Source: Guillardia theta CCMP2712
Taxonomy: Eukaryota > Protista > Cryptophyta
Assembly: GCF_000315625.1 (NCBI RefSeq)
Contig: NW_005434565.1
Location: 1 to 64,000, forward strand
Reading direction: 5' to 3'
DNA: 64,000 nucleotides
The notes beneath the pieces were generated by a model. That model ran no database searches, was not told the origin of the DNA, and saw only the letters and a list, made by a program, of their open reading frames with translations. Positions 40,601 through 52,133 of the stretch are shown in pieces (the first letter of the stretch is position 1; each line of letters starts with the position of its first letter). A program made the translations under genes and the position numbers.

Positions 40601-41886
40601 ATCGCTCGCATGTTTCATTTCCCAACCTGACAGTCAAGCTTGTGTCTGTGATCCATTCTGTTCTTTCACTTGCACTGCATGAAGAGCTTCGTTGAGATTG
40701 ATCAGTCATGCCAAAATTGGTGCCCCAGATCATCAAGTCCTCTTCGCTGTGCGTGGCAGTGTTGCCCAACAGATAGGGGACAAATCTTGAGTTTGCGTTG
40801 TCATATGAAAATGATTTAGTGAGAGAGCCTGTGACCAGAACAATCAACATGACAAGATGTATCGGGATAAAACACCGTCAACTAAATTTGACGTGACCAC
40901 AGCTGTCAATGAGCTTGAAACGCCAGCAGCTGTGGGATGTTTGAGACAGATCCACAACATATATATATCAATCAACCAATTTTGCAAACAATCGTTGAAT
41001 CAGATTTCCAAATGGACGTTTCGATTGTGGTGAATCCAAACTTCGATGAAAGTCAATGACAAGATCATCAGAAATATGACAGACATCGTACCATCACCCT
41101 GGGTGTCACATCCCAGATGACAAAATCCTTGCCATGTAAACCAATCATGCCGGGGATGGGAGGCTTGTCTATGTACTGCCCCTACAGATCAGAGAGAAAA
41201 TAGATGAAACAAAGAATCGTGACACACAAATGAGAGGATTGGACTCCTAGCTGACCCATGAGTTGGCAAGTTGCTTGACGTCACATAGCTATCGGATCTT
41301 CGTCAGCTGCCTCTTCTCCACCCCCTCCACCCTCATACCCTTACCTGCACTCGCCCCAGCAGCTCTCAACGCAGAAGCCGCATGCGGAATCCCACACGCA
41401 CCACCCATGATTAAAGCCCCCGACTGCATAGGTGGCACAGTCACCCCACCAGCTGTGTTCGCTAGCAAGCCATGCTTCGTTTTGATCGGTTCGTGGAAGT
41501 GAGCCAACCGCCTCTAATGTTGGCCCATCAAATTCTACAATGCCCTGTGCCAGATTTTCAGTATGAAACTACCTGCATGGTGAACAGAATCTTGCCTGCA
41601 CGACAGGCGTGTCAGGAGAGGGCAAGCTGATCGCTTCATATGGCCTCGTCTGCAGGCACGTGACTGTCGTCTCGTTGAGCCATGCGGTGGAGCGGCATGG
41701 CGTCCCACCCAGCACGAGAGCGGGACTTGCATCGAGATTTTGACCGAAGAAAGTGAAGACGAGAGGCTGTACTGTATGCCATGGTGCGTTGGATGGAAGA
41801 ATATCTGTTGAGTTCAGTTGAAGGTGATCAAATGTGATCACAGATTCGACAAGAACCAAACACAAGATGATGAGACGGAACTTCAT
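4606..41886 (-). CDS. Giant multi-exon surface/membrane protein (~11,000-12,000 aa): signal peptide, IPT/TIG-like repeats, REJ/GPS-like, EGF/Cys-rich, multi-TM C-terminus
   Basis: Start MKFRLIILCLVLVESVIT at 41886. Consecutive minus-strand ORFs share G-x-N-F-G...W-x-S-D-[ST]...FSYD repeats and are joined by ~45-50 nt GT-AG introns (checked near 37900, 24200, 20290). REJ-like IDASRSYDPDG...FRWEC and PFGGNIRIFPTSG; EGF CQCFVGFFGTDC; TM region with LKIVLSYLMV, WLSVDLRFQC and YYYWELVEMARK. The 3' end is uncertain (4.6-5.2 kb); length is my estimate. Confidence 0.75.
18797..19149. repeat. 353 bp intragenic direct repeat, copy 1
   Basis: Matches 21266-21618 with one mismatch seen (catcgt vs cattgt). 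Confidence 0.95.
21266..21618. repeat. 353 bp intragenic direct repeat, copy 2
   Basis: Matches 18797-19149; same peptide SSVTVYGGNFAAVNFCQ...RSESTLWI in both ORFs. Confidence 0.95.
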
Positions 41887-42149
41887 AACCTGTCAAAGTT
41901 AGCAGCCAAGAATATGAAATTACATCCAGGGAGAAAAAGGGTGACCAACCCTTACCCTACAAGCTCGATATGAACCATTACGCCTCATCCTCCAAGCTCG
42001 CCCTCACCCTCCCAAGCATCACACATGGGATGGGACTCTCTGGTGTAGAAGTGTAGGGCTTGTATTTTGAATTTGCATTGATTATTTCAAATTTTCGCCT
42101 TCTATTTGACATTTTGTCGGAACATTTGGGAGCTGCTCGTGGACCAGCT

Positions 42150-43980
42150 TGTCAATCAAGTTTGACTCGTATTGGACGTTGCATTATCCGTTACATTCCT
42201 GGATTGTGATCCTGTATATTATATATTATTATAAATCAAGAAGTATTTTTAGTAATAAAAGTATTTTTTGCAGTAGAGCGGAACTTGACAATGCAAACTC
42301 AGCAAGGAGACGCGAGCAAGCAAGCTTCGTCTCAAGGATGAGACCGGTGAGAGCATACAGCTCGAGAACGAATGCGGATAGAATGGCAGGTATGCGAGAG
42401 GGGACGAGCAGAAACAAGAGGAGAAAGAATCTGATACCAAGACATGACGAAAGATCAGGACCTTGACGTGAATGGCGATTGGCTGTCAGGCTACTCAAAG
42501 ATCCACGAAGGCATTATCTCAGGCACATTTCCAGGTCAGAGTTTCTGACAGAACAAAGCTCCCTCTCGTCATATGAATTGATTTAATCTCAGCTCATCGT
42601 CGTAGATTTGCCGTCTGGACATGCTCGGAGCTCAACGTTCCTGTGAGCCCTGAATCAACAGCGCGATGTGCAGGCAGGCAGGTAAACTTTAGAGACCTAG
42701 CTGACACTTGAGCATGCAGGCTTGGCCAACCGCCTGTTAGGCATCATCTCTGCGTTCCTCTATGCCATCCTCACTGAGCGAGCGCTGATCATCGAGTGGC
42801 CTGGGGACGAGGCCTCTCACCTCGCAAACTTTCTGTATTCTCCTTACTTGAGGTGGAACGCAACGAGATCAACATGGTCCCATTTGGTCTCCTCCGCCTC
42901 TCGCGACCCTTTCTGATCCCTGACAGGACGCTATATCTCTTGACACACGTGTGGGATCTGGACGAAGTGGATGGCTGGGCGTGCGACGGTCAACTGAAGA
43001 TGATCCTATCGCATCTTGACAGTGACGCAGAGAGTTACGAACTTTCCATTGGCTGAACGACCACAAAGCTTCTGTTGTCAAGCTCACGCTCTTGGAAGGT
43101 CCAATAGTATGCGAGAAGTGTGATTAGACTGAAATACTGCTTCAGGTTACTTTGATGATCTTCTACAAAACCCGAATCTGGCAGCTGCCTGTCTGTATGT
43201 CTACCAGCTTCTTCCGAGTGAACAGTTTAATTTCTCTTTAGCTACGGTCTTAATCTCAAGACCTCGGACGAGGTTTTGGGACGTTTGGGAAGAATTCTTT
43301 TTCATGCCCACAATTCTCTCGACGATGACATCATGGCGCGATCTGTCGGCAGTACTTTTCGTCTGGGCGTTCAGATTCGCATCGGCATGGTGAGACAAAC
43401 AGGACGAGCCTGGAACCAGAGAAGCTGAATTGTGCAGTTCGAGGCAGGAGCTATGGGGATCGGAATGACCGAGCTTGAGCGATTCCGTGTGAAGCTCCTA
43501 AAAGTCCTTGCCAAACTTTCCCAAAAGCATTCCTCGACCTTGATCGTCCTCGCCTGTGACTCCTTAGAAGTATCTGACGCAGAAACATTCAGAGTTGAAC
43601 TTGCTGTCAGGCAATAGCGCTCGCAAAGAGTTGGAACCTCAACGTAAACGGAATGACTGTCAGAATTTCAAGCTCCTCCTCCGCCATCGGAAGGTTCCGA
43701 TGCTTCGTCGAGCGCTGAGCTAACATGCGAGCAGTGTTGACTTCAATCAATCCTCGGCTATCATGGCAAGTACAATCTTCGACTTCTGGTCCCTTGCGGT
43801 TTGCGATGAAGTTTTAGTATCTGTGAGCTGACGGGGAGAGGCACACGGATATCTTGACGCTGCTGCGAGCAGGTACCGTCGACCTTTGGTCTCGTCGCAA
43901 GGTTGTTGAACCTCACAGGAAGTGTCGAGCACTTCGCGTTCCTGCGATCCGATTGGGAGGCTGTTGTGAGTGATCGTTAG
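42150..43980 (+). CDS. Fucosyltransferase-like protein (GT37 xyloglucan alpha-1,2-FucT-like), multi-exon
   Basis: GLANRLLGIISAFLYAILTERALIIEW (42720-42800) resembles the GT37 GLGNR...AFLYA motif; LGVQIR (~43363-43380), VLACDS, ILDFWSLAVCDE and STFG follow in the order seen in inverting FucTs. Ends approximate. Confidence 0.7.
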
Positions 43981-44334
43981 CTTACCCGGGAGCCGCTCAC
44001 TCGATGGCAGTTGTGGAACAAATACGCTGCCATTATGGCTGAAGGTGAGGAGGAGCGAGAGCTGCTTGTTGCTAACAATTCACAGATGAGCATGTGGATT
44101 ATAAGAGAATATTTGGAAGAGCTTTCTGCAGTACAGTAGGTTGGACCGGAGATCTCTGCCTGCATGAGGAGGTAGACTTTGGAACTTGAGAAACATGAGG
44201 TCGGCAGTCAATAGTCAAGTCACGTGAAAACTTTACATAGACGTGAAACGCTGAATTTAACAAGCATTATGACTTTTGTACAATTATCTGCATTTCAGTT
44301 AGGAGACTACCGAACAGTCACGACTTCGGACGAC

Positions 44335-47270
44335 TTACTTGCGTGATGGCGGAGGAGCAAGGCTTGGAACAGGTGCAGCCTTATGTATCGTCAACAGCGG
44401 TAGCAAAACACGCTTTGGCATTCTCACCGGTAGAGGAGGCAATGGGTTGGAAGATGCCTGCGGCGTAGCTTCTATGCTCACCAGAGTAGGAGGAGGTGCG
44501 ATATTCTGCTGCTTGGGCTCCGTTACGCCGAGAGCATACTCATGAAGACTCTCCCCAAGGACTTGAGCCTCATCATCGTCATCTCCAAGTCCAAAGTCTT
44601 CGTCATCCAGATCCGGTCCGTCCGCCAGCCCCATGTACCTCGCCGAAGACCCTCCGCCAAACCCTCCGAAGAAGTTCGAACTGGCATGGGCCCCACCGCG
44701 GAAGAAGTCAAGGCAGTCTGCCGCAGATGTCCATGGATCAGCGAAACCCTTTCAACAATTATCAGCCTGAAGAGAAACAAGCAAGAGAATTGATCACCTG
44801 TTCTTTTCGTCGGATGTACGTGAACCACGCGAAAACAGTCGCTAAAGCCACCATGGCGAACAAGATCACCATTCCAGTTCGACCAAAACCAGGACAGCTC
44901 TGGATGACTGGTTCCAATTCACTTGCTACAGAACCGCCGACACAGGAGTCTCCCGGAACCCTTCGATAGCCCTAGAGGACTACGTAAGCGACGGGCAAGT
45001 CAAGATATCACTCAATACCTTGGTGATCACAAAGTATCCGCTGCAATCCTGAGGAGCTCCAAACCCGACTTCGGGCATATCTGGCACTCGCACACACTCC
45101 TTCTTCTCATTCATTTGAAACCCAAAGTCGCACTCGAAGTCAACACGTGTGCATTCGCAGTTGACCTTCGATTCCCGTCGATCGTAGTCCCATCCGTTGA
45201 AACACTGCACAGCTCGTTTCCTTCTAGTGTACGTCACTTTCCTGCCGAGCAGACAGTTGCCAGAGCGCAAAGCATCAGCAGGGGTCCATTCTTCATAGTC
45301 ACTTGCATCAGAGCCTGGAGCATTGATTCCTGCACACCGCCTCTCATGCAGAGTCTCAAAATTCAGCTGCATCAAAACTCCCTTGTCGTTTCGGCGGCCA
45401 TACAAAATGAAAATCTGACTGGTACCCGAGGGTTCCGTGATGATATTTTCCACCTCGATATGATGTTCCCAAAACTTGAAATCTGTCCAGTTGAGCCCTT
45501 CATTCCACGAATACCTGACCGTGTTCGTCGCCTCTCGGTTGTTTGCCATAATCATCAATGCACCGTGGTCTCCGAACTCATAGATAAAACTTCCTTTGGT
45601 TATTTGCTCCCAAGTTCGACCGGCATCACGGCTGAAGTATGTATTGATTTCATCTTGCCTTCGATGAAGATGATGCCCGACATTCCCAGTGGCCATTATC
45701 AACCCAGTCGAAGATACCGAACTGTAGACAGGACCCAGGAATCCCGATGTCTTTCCATTCAGATGAAGAGAACAGCCATCACACTAAACGTTCGATCATT
45801 CTATGAGTCAAGTTTCGACACACCATAGAGATTTGAAATTCACCACGATCGGTCTTCCAAGGTGATCATTTGTCGGTGGCGTCAGATCTTTCCACATCGC
45901 GCCTTTATCATAGGAAATCACAGTCTTCGTCGGAACCATTCCATCTTCCTGTGGGCAAAGAAGATCAAATGTCACAAAAAGTGCTTAACAGAAATAAAGA
46001 AAAAGACTAGAAAGTTAAATTAATCTTGTGTGTTAGAACCACATTTAGGTTTAGAAATACCGACTGGAGACCACCGAACAGTTTCAGTTCTGGCTCTACG
46101 CTGGTGTCTGCGACGTTCGCTATATACACTCCGTCGACACCATTGATCCGTTCAAAATCACTTAGGCCGCGATAGTCTTTGACAACAGCTCTGCAAATCG
46201 GTAGGGTGATCATGAAGTACAATAAGTCTTACATGCACAACCTGAGGGACAGGGTGTATGAGCTTCCTTCTGGGCCAGACATGTAAACGTTAGCAAATTG
46301 TCTGTCCCTTGAGCTATGCGAGACTTGCACAAACACGGATCCTTCCTTGGAATCAACAACACGGTATGACCTCTCGGACAACTGCATTGCTGTCAAGACT
46401 CTTGTTAATTAACTCCAAAGTAACCTGATAGGGAAACTGAGCAGTCTTAAACATCTTGCCACCATCCGCACTGACGTGAAGCTTGACTTCTAGCTCCTCT
46501 TCCGGATTCATAGCTGCCACGAACCAATATGGGCGGTGTAAAGCAAATCGATTTCCGTGCGGTACTACTATGTCGCTATTCTTGAAGAAATCGTGTGAAA
46601 TCACAAAGTCCACATTCGGATCCCATTCCGCAAAATTCTTTTTTGCCGGTGCATCCTGCTTTCGAACGCATGCAAAAATGGTCTTCTCATTGAAACCTTT
46701 GATCTTGGGATCTGCCCACTCAAATTGAAAAACTCTTGACACTATTTTTTTCCAGCTTTGACCAAAGTCAACAGAGAGAAAAAGAGAAAGGTATCGATCT
46801 GGAAATGATCCTTCATATTTACTCGCAAGGATCCATTCAGCTTGGCTTGGGTGTAATTTGATCTCATTCATGATACCAAACTCTCTCTTCGTATACGTTT
46901 CCCCTTGGTTCTTGGTGAACCAATTGCTTTCACCATAACCTTTCATGACGGCGTACTTGGGATCAGCATGACTGAATATCATCTGTTGGATTCGAGTCTG
47001 ATATTGCTCCTCATCAGTTGAGACCATCTTGTCTCGCTGACTGACCCAATTCATCCCATCATCTACACTTCTATAGATACTGCCTCGGGCCGATCGAACA
47101 AAAACTGTCTTAGCATTTGGCTTTGCATCCTTCAACGTACTATTCACCCACTGCATGTCAGTGACCTGACTGTCAATGAGGAATGGCCTCGAAGTAGTTA
47201 TCTTGCCACCATTCGCCAAGCAAGAAAAGAGGAGAAAGTAGCTGAGGATGGAGAGCCTTCCTAAATTCAT
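44335..47270 (-). CDS. VPS10: VPS10/sortilin-family sorting receptor, multi-exon
   Basis: Signal peptide; Asp-box repeats SVDDGMNW, SVDFGQSW, SADGGKMF, SYDKGAMW, SRDAGRTW, SWNEGLNW; 10CC region CLLGRKVTYTRRKRAVQCFNG...CECTRVDFECDFGF; single TM (ILFAMVALATVFAWFTYI); acidic/Pro-rich tail. Confidence 0.92.
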
Positions 47271-48430
47271 GTTTGCGCGCATATGTTGAATCAGCTTTAG
47301 CACTTTGTATCCATTCCAAGTTTACTCATGTCTCGTCCAAACCTAGTAAACAACCATTAATTCGTTTCATGGTTACATACTTTGAGGTATGTTGCACGAA
47401 ATCAAGCATCTGGTCTATCTCTTCAATGACATCAAATTGCTTCAAATTACAAGAGCCAGAACAAGAGCAAGAGACATCAGCCTGGACGAGAGAAGAGGGG
47501 ACATCATCGTTTCGCACATGGACATTTGAGGATGAAGCACTAAATGGAATGCCCGAGAAGTGATGTCACAAACTGAGTCACAAAGGTGGCGCAGCTACAG
47601 CCAAACCATTTTCAACAGGTCGCAACAGTAGAGGTTGAGGCTCTCAGAGGAGAGGAGAGAGCACGACAACTCAGGACAACTAAGAGGTCAAGGAGGTAAT
47701 GCATCAGCGAAAGGAGGAGGAGAAGGTTGCAAGCGATCAGAGCCATTTTCTTGGCTCGACCGCCTCATGACAACCACGCTGCCATGCCAGCTGTCCTGGT
47801 GACGAAAACGTCTATCACAATGGGGGTAGGGTCAAATTTATTGCAACGGAAAGGGTAGGGTGGAATTAACCACAATTGTAGTGTAATAAACTAGGGTGGG
47901 GTATATCACCCCACCCTGCTTTTTTCAAGGACTGGCAGCTTGTGCTTAGGGTGGCTTGCCTCTGGTAGGGTCCATAGGGCAGAGCGGGGAGGAGGGCATC
48001 ACAGTTGCGCGGGGATGAGGGCGAGACTGGCGGCCATGGCAGGGTAGAACAGATAGAGAAAGATGAGGACTCGGGAGACAGACAAGACGGAGAGAGGACG
48101 GTGAGAAAGCGAGGTAACATTAAGATGGTAGAATGTGAGATGGTGAAAGTTAAGATGATAGAATGTGGGTAATGACTCAAGACGTGGAGTAGACGAGAAA
48201 AAACATGCAAGCCGAGCACATGTACGAAGACCGTCCTTGACAGCATGAACAGATAAACAACATTCAGCCTCGTGGATAGCTTCTCTTCTTACTTTTTGGC
48301 TGACTATATTGAAAGAGGTGAAGTGGAAGATTCCTCGTATGATCAGATCTGCTATTTCGTTTCCACGTGAGTAGATGCCGTAAAGCTTGGAAAGCTGTGC
48401 TGAGCGTTTGGATCAGATCGAGGATGTGGC

Positions 48431-48999
48431 ATGAATTTTATGCTCAATGCTGTATCTCGGCATATGCACACTGATCCTTCAAGACAAAAGCTAAAAGACG
48501 CAAAGAGAGTGGTGGTAAAGGTCGGCACTGCCGTGGTTGCCAACTCGGATGGAACGATGTCTTTGTCCAGGATGGGAGCTTTGGTGGAGAAGGTGGGAGG
48601 AGGAAGCAGATTTCATGCCATGACCTGATCTTGCCCTTCCTTCAGCTTCGTGAGCTCAAGTTGCAAGGACGAGAAGTTCTTCTTGTCAGCAGCGGAGCCA
48701 TGGGACTTGGTCGGCAGAGTCTTGGACTCTCAAAGGAAGTTGTCGGTCTGTGCTCTAAGTGCTCTCTTTCTTGTCTGAGCTAAAGAAGGAAACCCGGACA
48801 ACATCATCGACAGACAAGCTTGTGCTGCTGCAGGACAAGAGCTGCTGATGAGGTCTGACATGTTGCAGCTGGAAAAGGGTTCTTTGTTTCATCTCCTGAT
48901 TCTTGTATGCAGCATGTATCACATGATGTTCAGTCGTCTCGACGTAAGGTGTGCCCAAGTCTTGATCACTCAGGTCGTGATCTCTTTCTCACTGTCTGT

Positions 49000-49037
<38 letters not shown>

Positions 49038-50290
49038 CTCTGGCGGTCGGTCTGGTTGGAAGTGACTGTGTCTTGCAGGAGGATTTCGTGTCGAGACAGA
49101 GATACATGCACCTGACTGACACTTTGGACAAACTTACTTCCTTGGGCACCATTCCCATCATCAACGAAAACGATGTCGTAACAGGTGGAGCACGAGGAGA
49201 GCAGGTGAGATTCTGTCGCCCTCCCCCTCCGCACGTTGATTTCCCTCCCAGGTGTTCAGCGACAACGACAAGCTTTCTGCTATCCTTGCAGCAGGAGCCG
49301 ACGCTGACGGACTGGCTCTGTTGACAGACGTTGAAGCTGTCTTCACCAAGCCCCCGGGAGAGCCTGGAGCGGGTGAGGGGGCGAGGAGGACACGCCTCTG
49401 TGATCTCTTGTTGCTCAGAAAGGATAAAAATCTACAAGGAAGCTGATACAGTAGAGATCGGCGCTAAATCTGGCATGGGAAGAGGCGGCATGGCGGCAAA
49501 GATCACAGCAGCACGTGTTGCCGCACGAGGAGGGGTTGCCACGTGCATCGCATCAGGTGAGAGGGAACAGCAAAAGGAGGAGCAAAAGAAGGAGCTAAGA
49601 CTGATGGTCAGGTTATGACCTGGAAAACATCACCAAAGTATTCGGAGGCCTCGATGTGGGAACATACTTCGAGCCTGACACGCGTCCCAACAAGCGGCAG
49701 AGGTCTCACAGGGGAGTTGAGCTGACACGGCACTGAGGAGCTGCTTAGGTGGCTGACGCTTGCGACCGAGTGCGTTGGGAAGCTGATCGTGGGGGCCAAA
49801 TTCAGAGAAGCTCTAGAGGTGCCGGATAAGGTGTTGGGGAGATGTGCTGAGAGCTACTGTAGAGAGGGACAGATCCAACGCTCTACGTGTCCGACCTGAT
49901 CGGAGTCTCCGGATCGTTTCCTGTCCGTTCGGTCATCTCGCTGTGAGCGTCTTTGCGTCCCCGTGCTCTCCTCAACGCTCTGCTGACCTGCTCCTGCTCT
50001 GCAGCATCGACGAGGACGGACACGAGTTTGCAAGAGGTGAGCGACGCCCCCCGAGCTCGGCTGGAGTGAAGCTGTTGGCAGGCATCACACAGAAGAAGTC
50101 AGCGGAGATCAAGGATGCGCTTCCGACGTCAGCAGGTGACGCTTCTCCGTCTCCTCACGTGCTCGAGGGCTCACGCGCTGTCAGGCAAGCAGCACAGCAC
50201 CTTCACGACTGTCCATGTCGTCATTCAGCCTTCCGACATTCTTTTACTCGGATGATTCGTGAAAATCTCGAATTCCACAGCAAAATTCGA
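48431..50290 (+). CDS. proB: Glutamate 5-kinase (ProB-like), multi-exon, probable C-terminal PUA-like region
   Basis: RVVVKVGTAVV, VLLVSSGAMGLG, RQACAAAGQ, AQVLIT, IPIINENDVV, FSDNDKLSAIL, LLTDVE, MGRGGMAAKITAA; later DEDGHEFARG. 3' end approximate. Confidence 0.88.
49000..49036. repeat. (GGCT)n microsatellite in an intron
   Basis: About nine tandem ctgg units between a GT donor (~48974) and AG acceptor (~49078). Confidence 0.85.
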
Positions 50291-50452
50291 CATTATGTGA
50301 TGGAAGCTCAACACAATAAACCAATCATATCGCAATCGTCGAGATATAACGCCGGGCCGCAGAGCAGTCGGTTGCTTACTCCCGTCCCTCTGCTAACCCT
50401 CAAGCTCTTCACTCCCTTCACAGTCCTAAGCCTCTCCCCCCATCCTCGTCCC

Positions 50453-52133
50453 TCACTCGTCATCCCCCTCGTCCAGCAAGGCGAATGGATTCTTGAACGA
50501 TTCCTTCTCCTTTGGAGGGGCTGCTGCCTCCGCCGCTTTCTTTGGCTCCTCTTTCTTCGGTGCTCTCTTCTGCGAACGCGGGGACATCAGTTGGCACCAT
50601 CGAGCAAGCAAGGCTCACCTCAGCAGCTGCTTCACCCGCCGCTTTTTTATCACCCCCGCTATGAGTATCTTGCGCGTTCCTCTTCTCGTGGTGATTTCCC
50701 GAAGTATTCTTGTCCTTGGGGAAACGCTTTTCCTTCCCTCCCTGTCCTTCACCATCCTTGAAGTCTTTGCCTTCTCTGCGCAAACGTCACTTCCCTCGTG
50801 GCGTTCGCAGCTCAACCAACCTGGGCGGCCTCTGCTCACGTCGAGGCTTCGGCTCAGGTGGCTTTGCGTTCTCTCGCCAGTCGCCCGGGAGATCTTTAGG
50901 CTCCTCGCGCTTCTTACCTGCACCACGTCCAGCTCCTTTCTCATCACGTTCAGCAAGCCTTCGCTTCTCCTCCTGTTCGCGTTTGCGTTCTTCCGCACGG
51001 GCAGCTCTCTCTTCAGCCTTCCTGCGCTCATACTCTGCCTCGTCCCTTGGCTTGGCTTCTCCAAAAGGGTTCGATTTCTCCCGCCTGTCAGACTTGGCGT
51101 CCGAAGACTTGGCGTCTGAATCTGAGCCCTGAGTGTTAACGCTGGCCTGAAACCTCTTTGTCATCCAATCTGCGTCATTCTCGTCCAGATCAAACTCAGT
51201 CGCCTTGAGTCCAGGCCTGGCTCTGTCCCTCTCAACTTTACGTTCACGAGGAGGAGGACGTTCTGGACGAGATGGTGCACGGCTTTCCGCGACTTCACAG
51301 CGAATGGGGCGGTCACGGAAAGGCTTTTCAAGAAGCATGGCGTTCCTGAGACTTTCTGCGTCCTCAAAATCGACGAAGATCATTTTGACCTTCCCCGAGT
51401 CCTTGTGCAACATTACTCTCACACTCTCCACTTTGATGGCATCGCCATCGTGGTAGTGCCTGCCGATCTCTCCCTCCGTGATGTCGAAGGCCACGCGCGG
51501 GTCGATCCCGATGAAGGCAGTGAATGGACCCTTCTCTGGGATTCTCGAGAGCATCTCCTCCGTGGGAGGCTCCCAGCTGTGGGAGGGAGGACCATCCCTC
51601 CTCCTGTCGCGATCGCGCGGGTAGCTATCTCTTGGAAAGTCGTCATAGTCCCTACGGTAGGAGCCTCCACGGTCAGGGTAACGACCTCCATCCATGCCGT
51701 CGTGCCGGTTGTCATCGAATCGGCCTCTTCCTCCACGATCGCGGTCCCCGCGATCGCGGCGGTCAGGCTCCATCCTGCCTCTGGACCCGAGGCCATCGCT
51801 ACCACGAAGACCCCCTCCTCGGCCTTCGTCACGAGCATCTGGCACCGTGATGAGAGTTCTTGGTGACATGACGTAGTGCTCACCTCGATCTACATCTCGA
51901 TTCTCGTTCTGAGGAGCGACATCAGCAGGCCCCTGGACACCAGTCAAGGGAGTTTACTGATCATTTCAGCCCTCAAGTACCTCGAAGTCCTCGAAGACAA
52001 CACCTGCGGGCTTCACAGGCTCAACCTTCTTCCAGGGATTGGCAGCAAGAGGAGGGACGTCGCTGAAATCGGGTTTCGCGTCCACATCCTCTGCATCATC
52101 AGCCCAAGAGTTCGACCGGACCATACCCGACAT
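50453..52133 (-). CDS. eIF4B-like RRM protein
   Basis: N-terminal SWADDAED, D/R/G-rich region, GPFTAFIG...FVDFEDAESLRNAM...RPIRCEVAE RRM, KSNPFGEAKPRDE motif, C-terminal KNPFALLDEGDDE*. Confidence 0.78.

Noticed and set aside
44923-45828. 301 aa plus-strand ORF
   Set aside because: Antisense shadow of a VPS10 exon with no motifs.
49844-50761. 305 aa plus-strand ORF
   Set aside because: Runs through proB introns/exons, the 3' region and the antisense of the eIF4B-like gene; no coherent domain.
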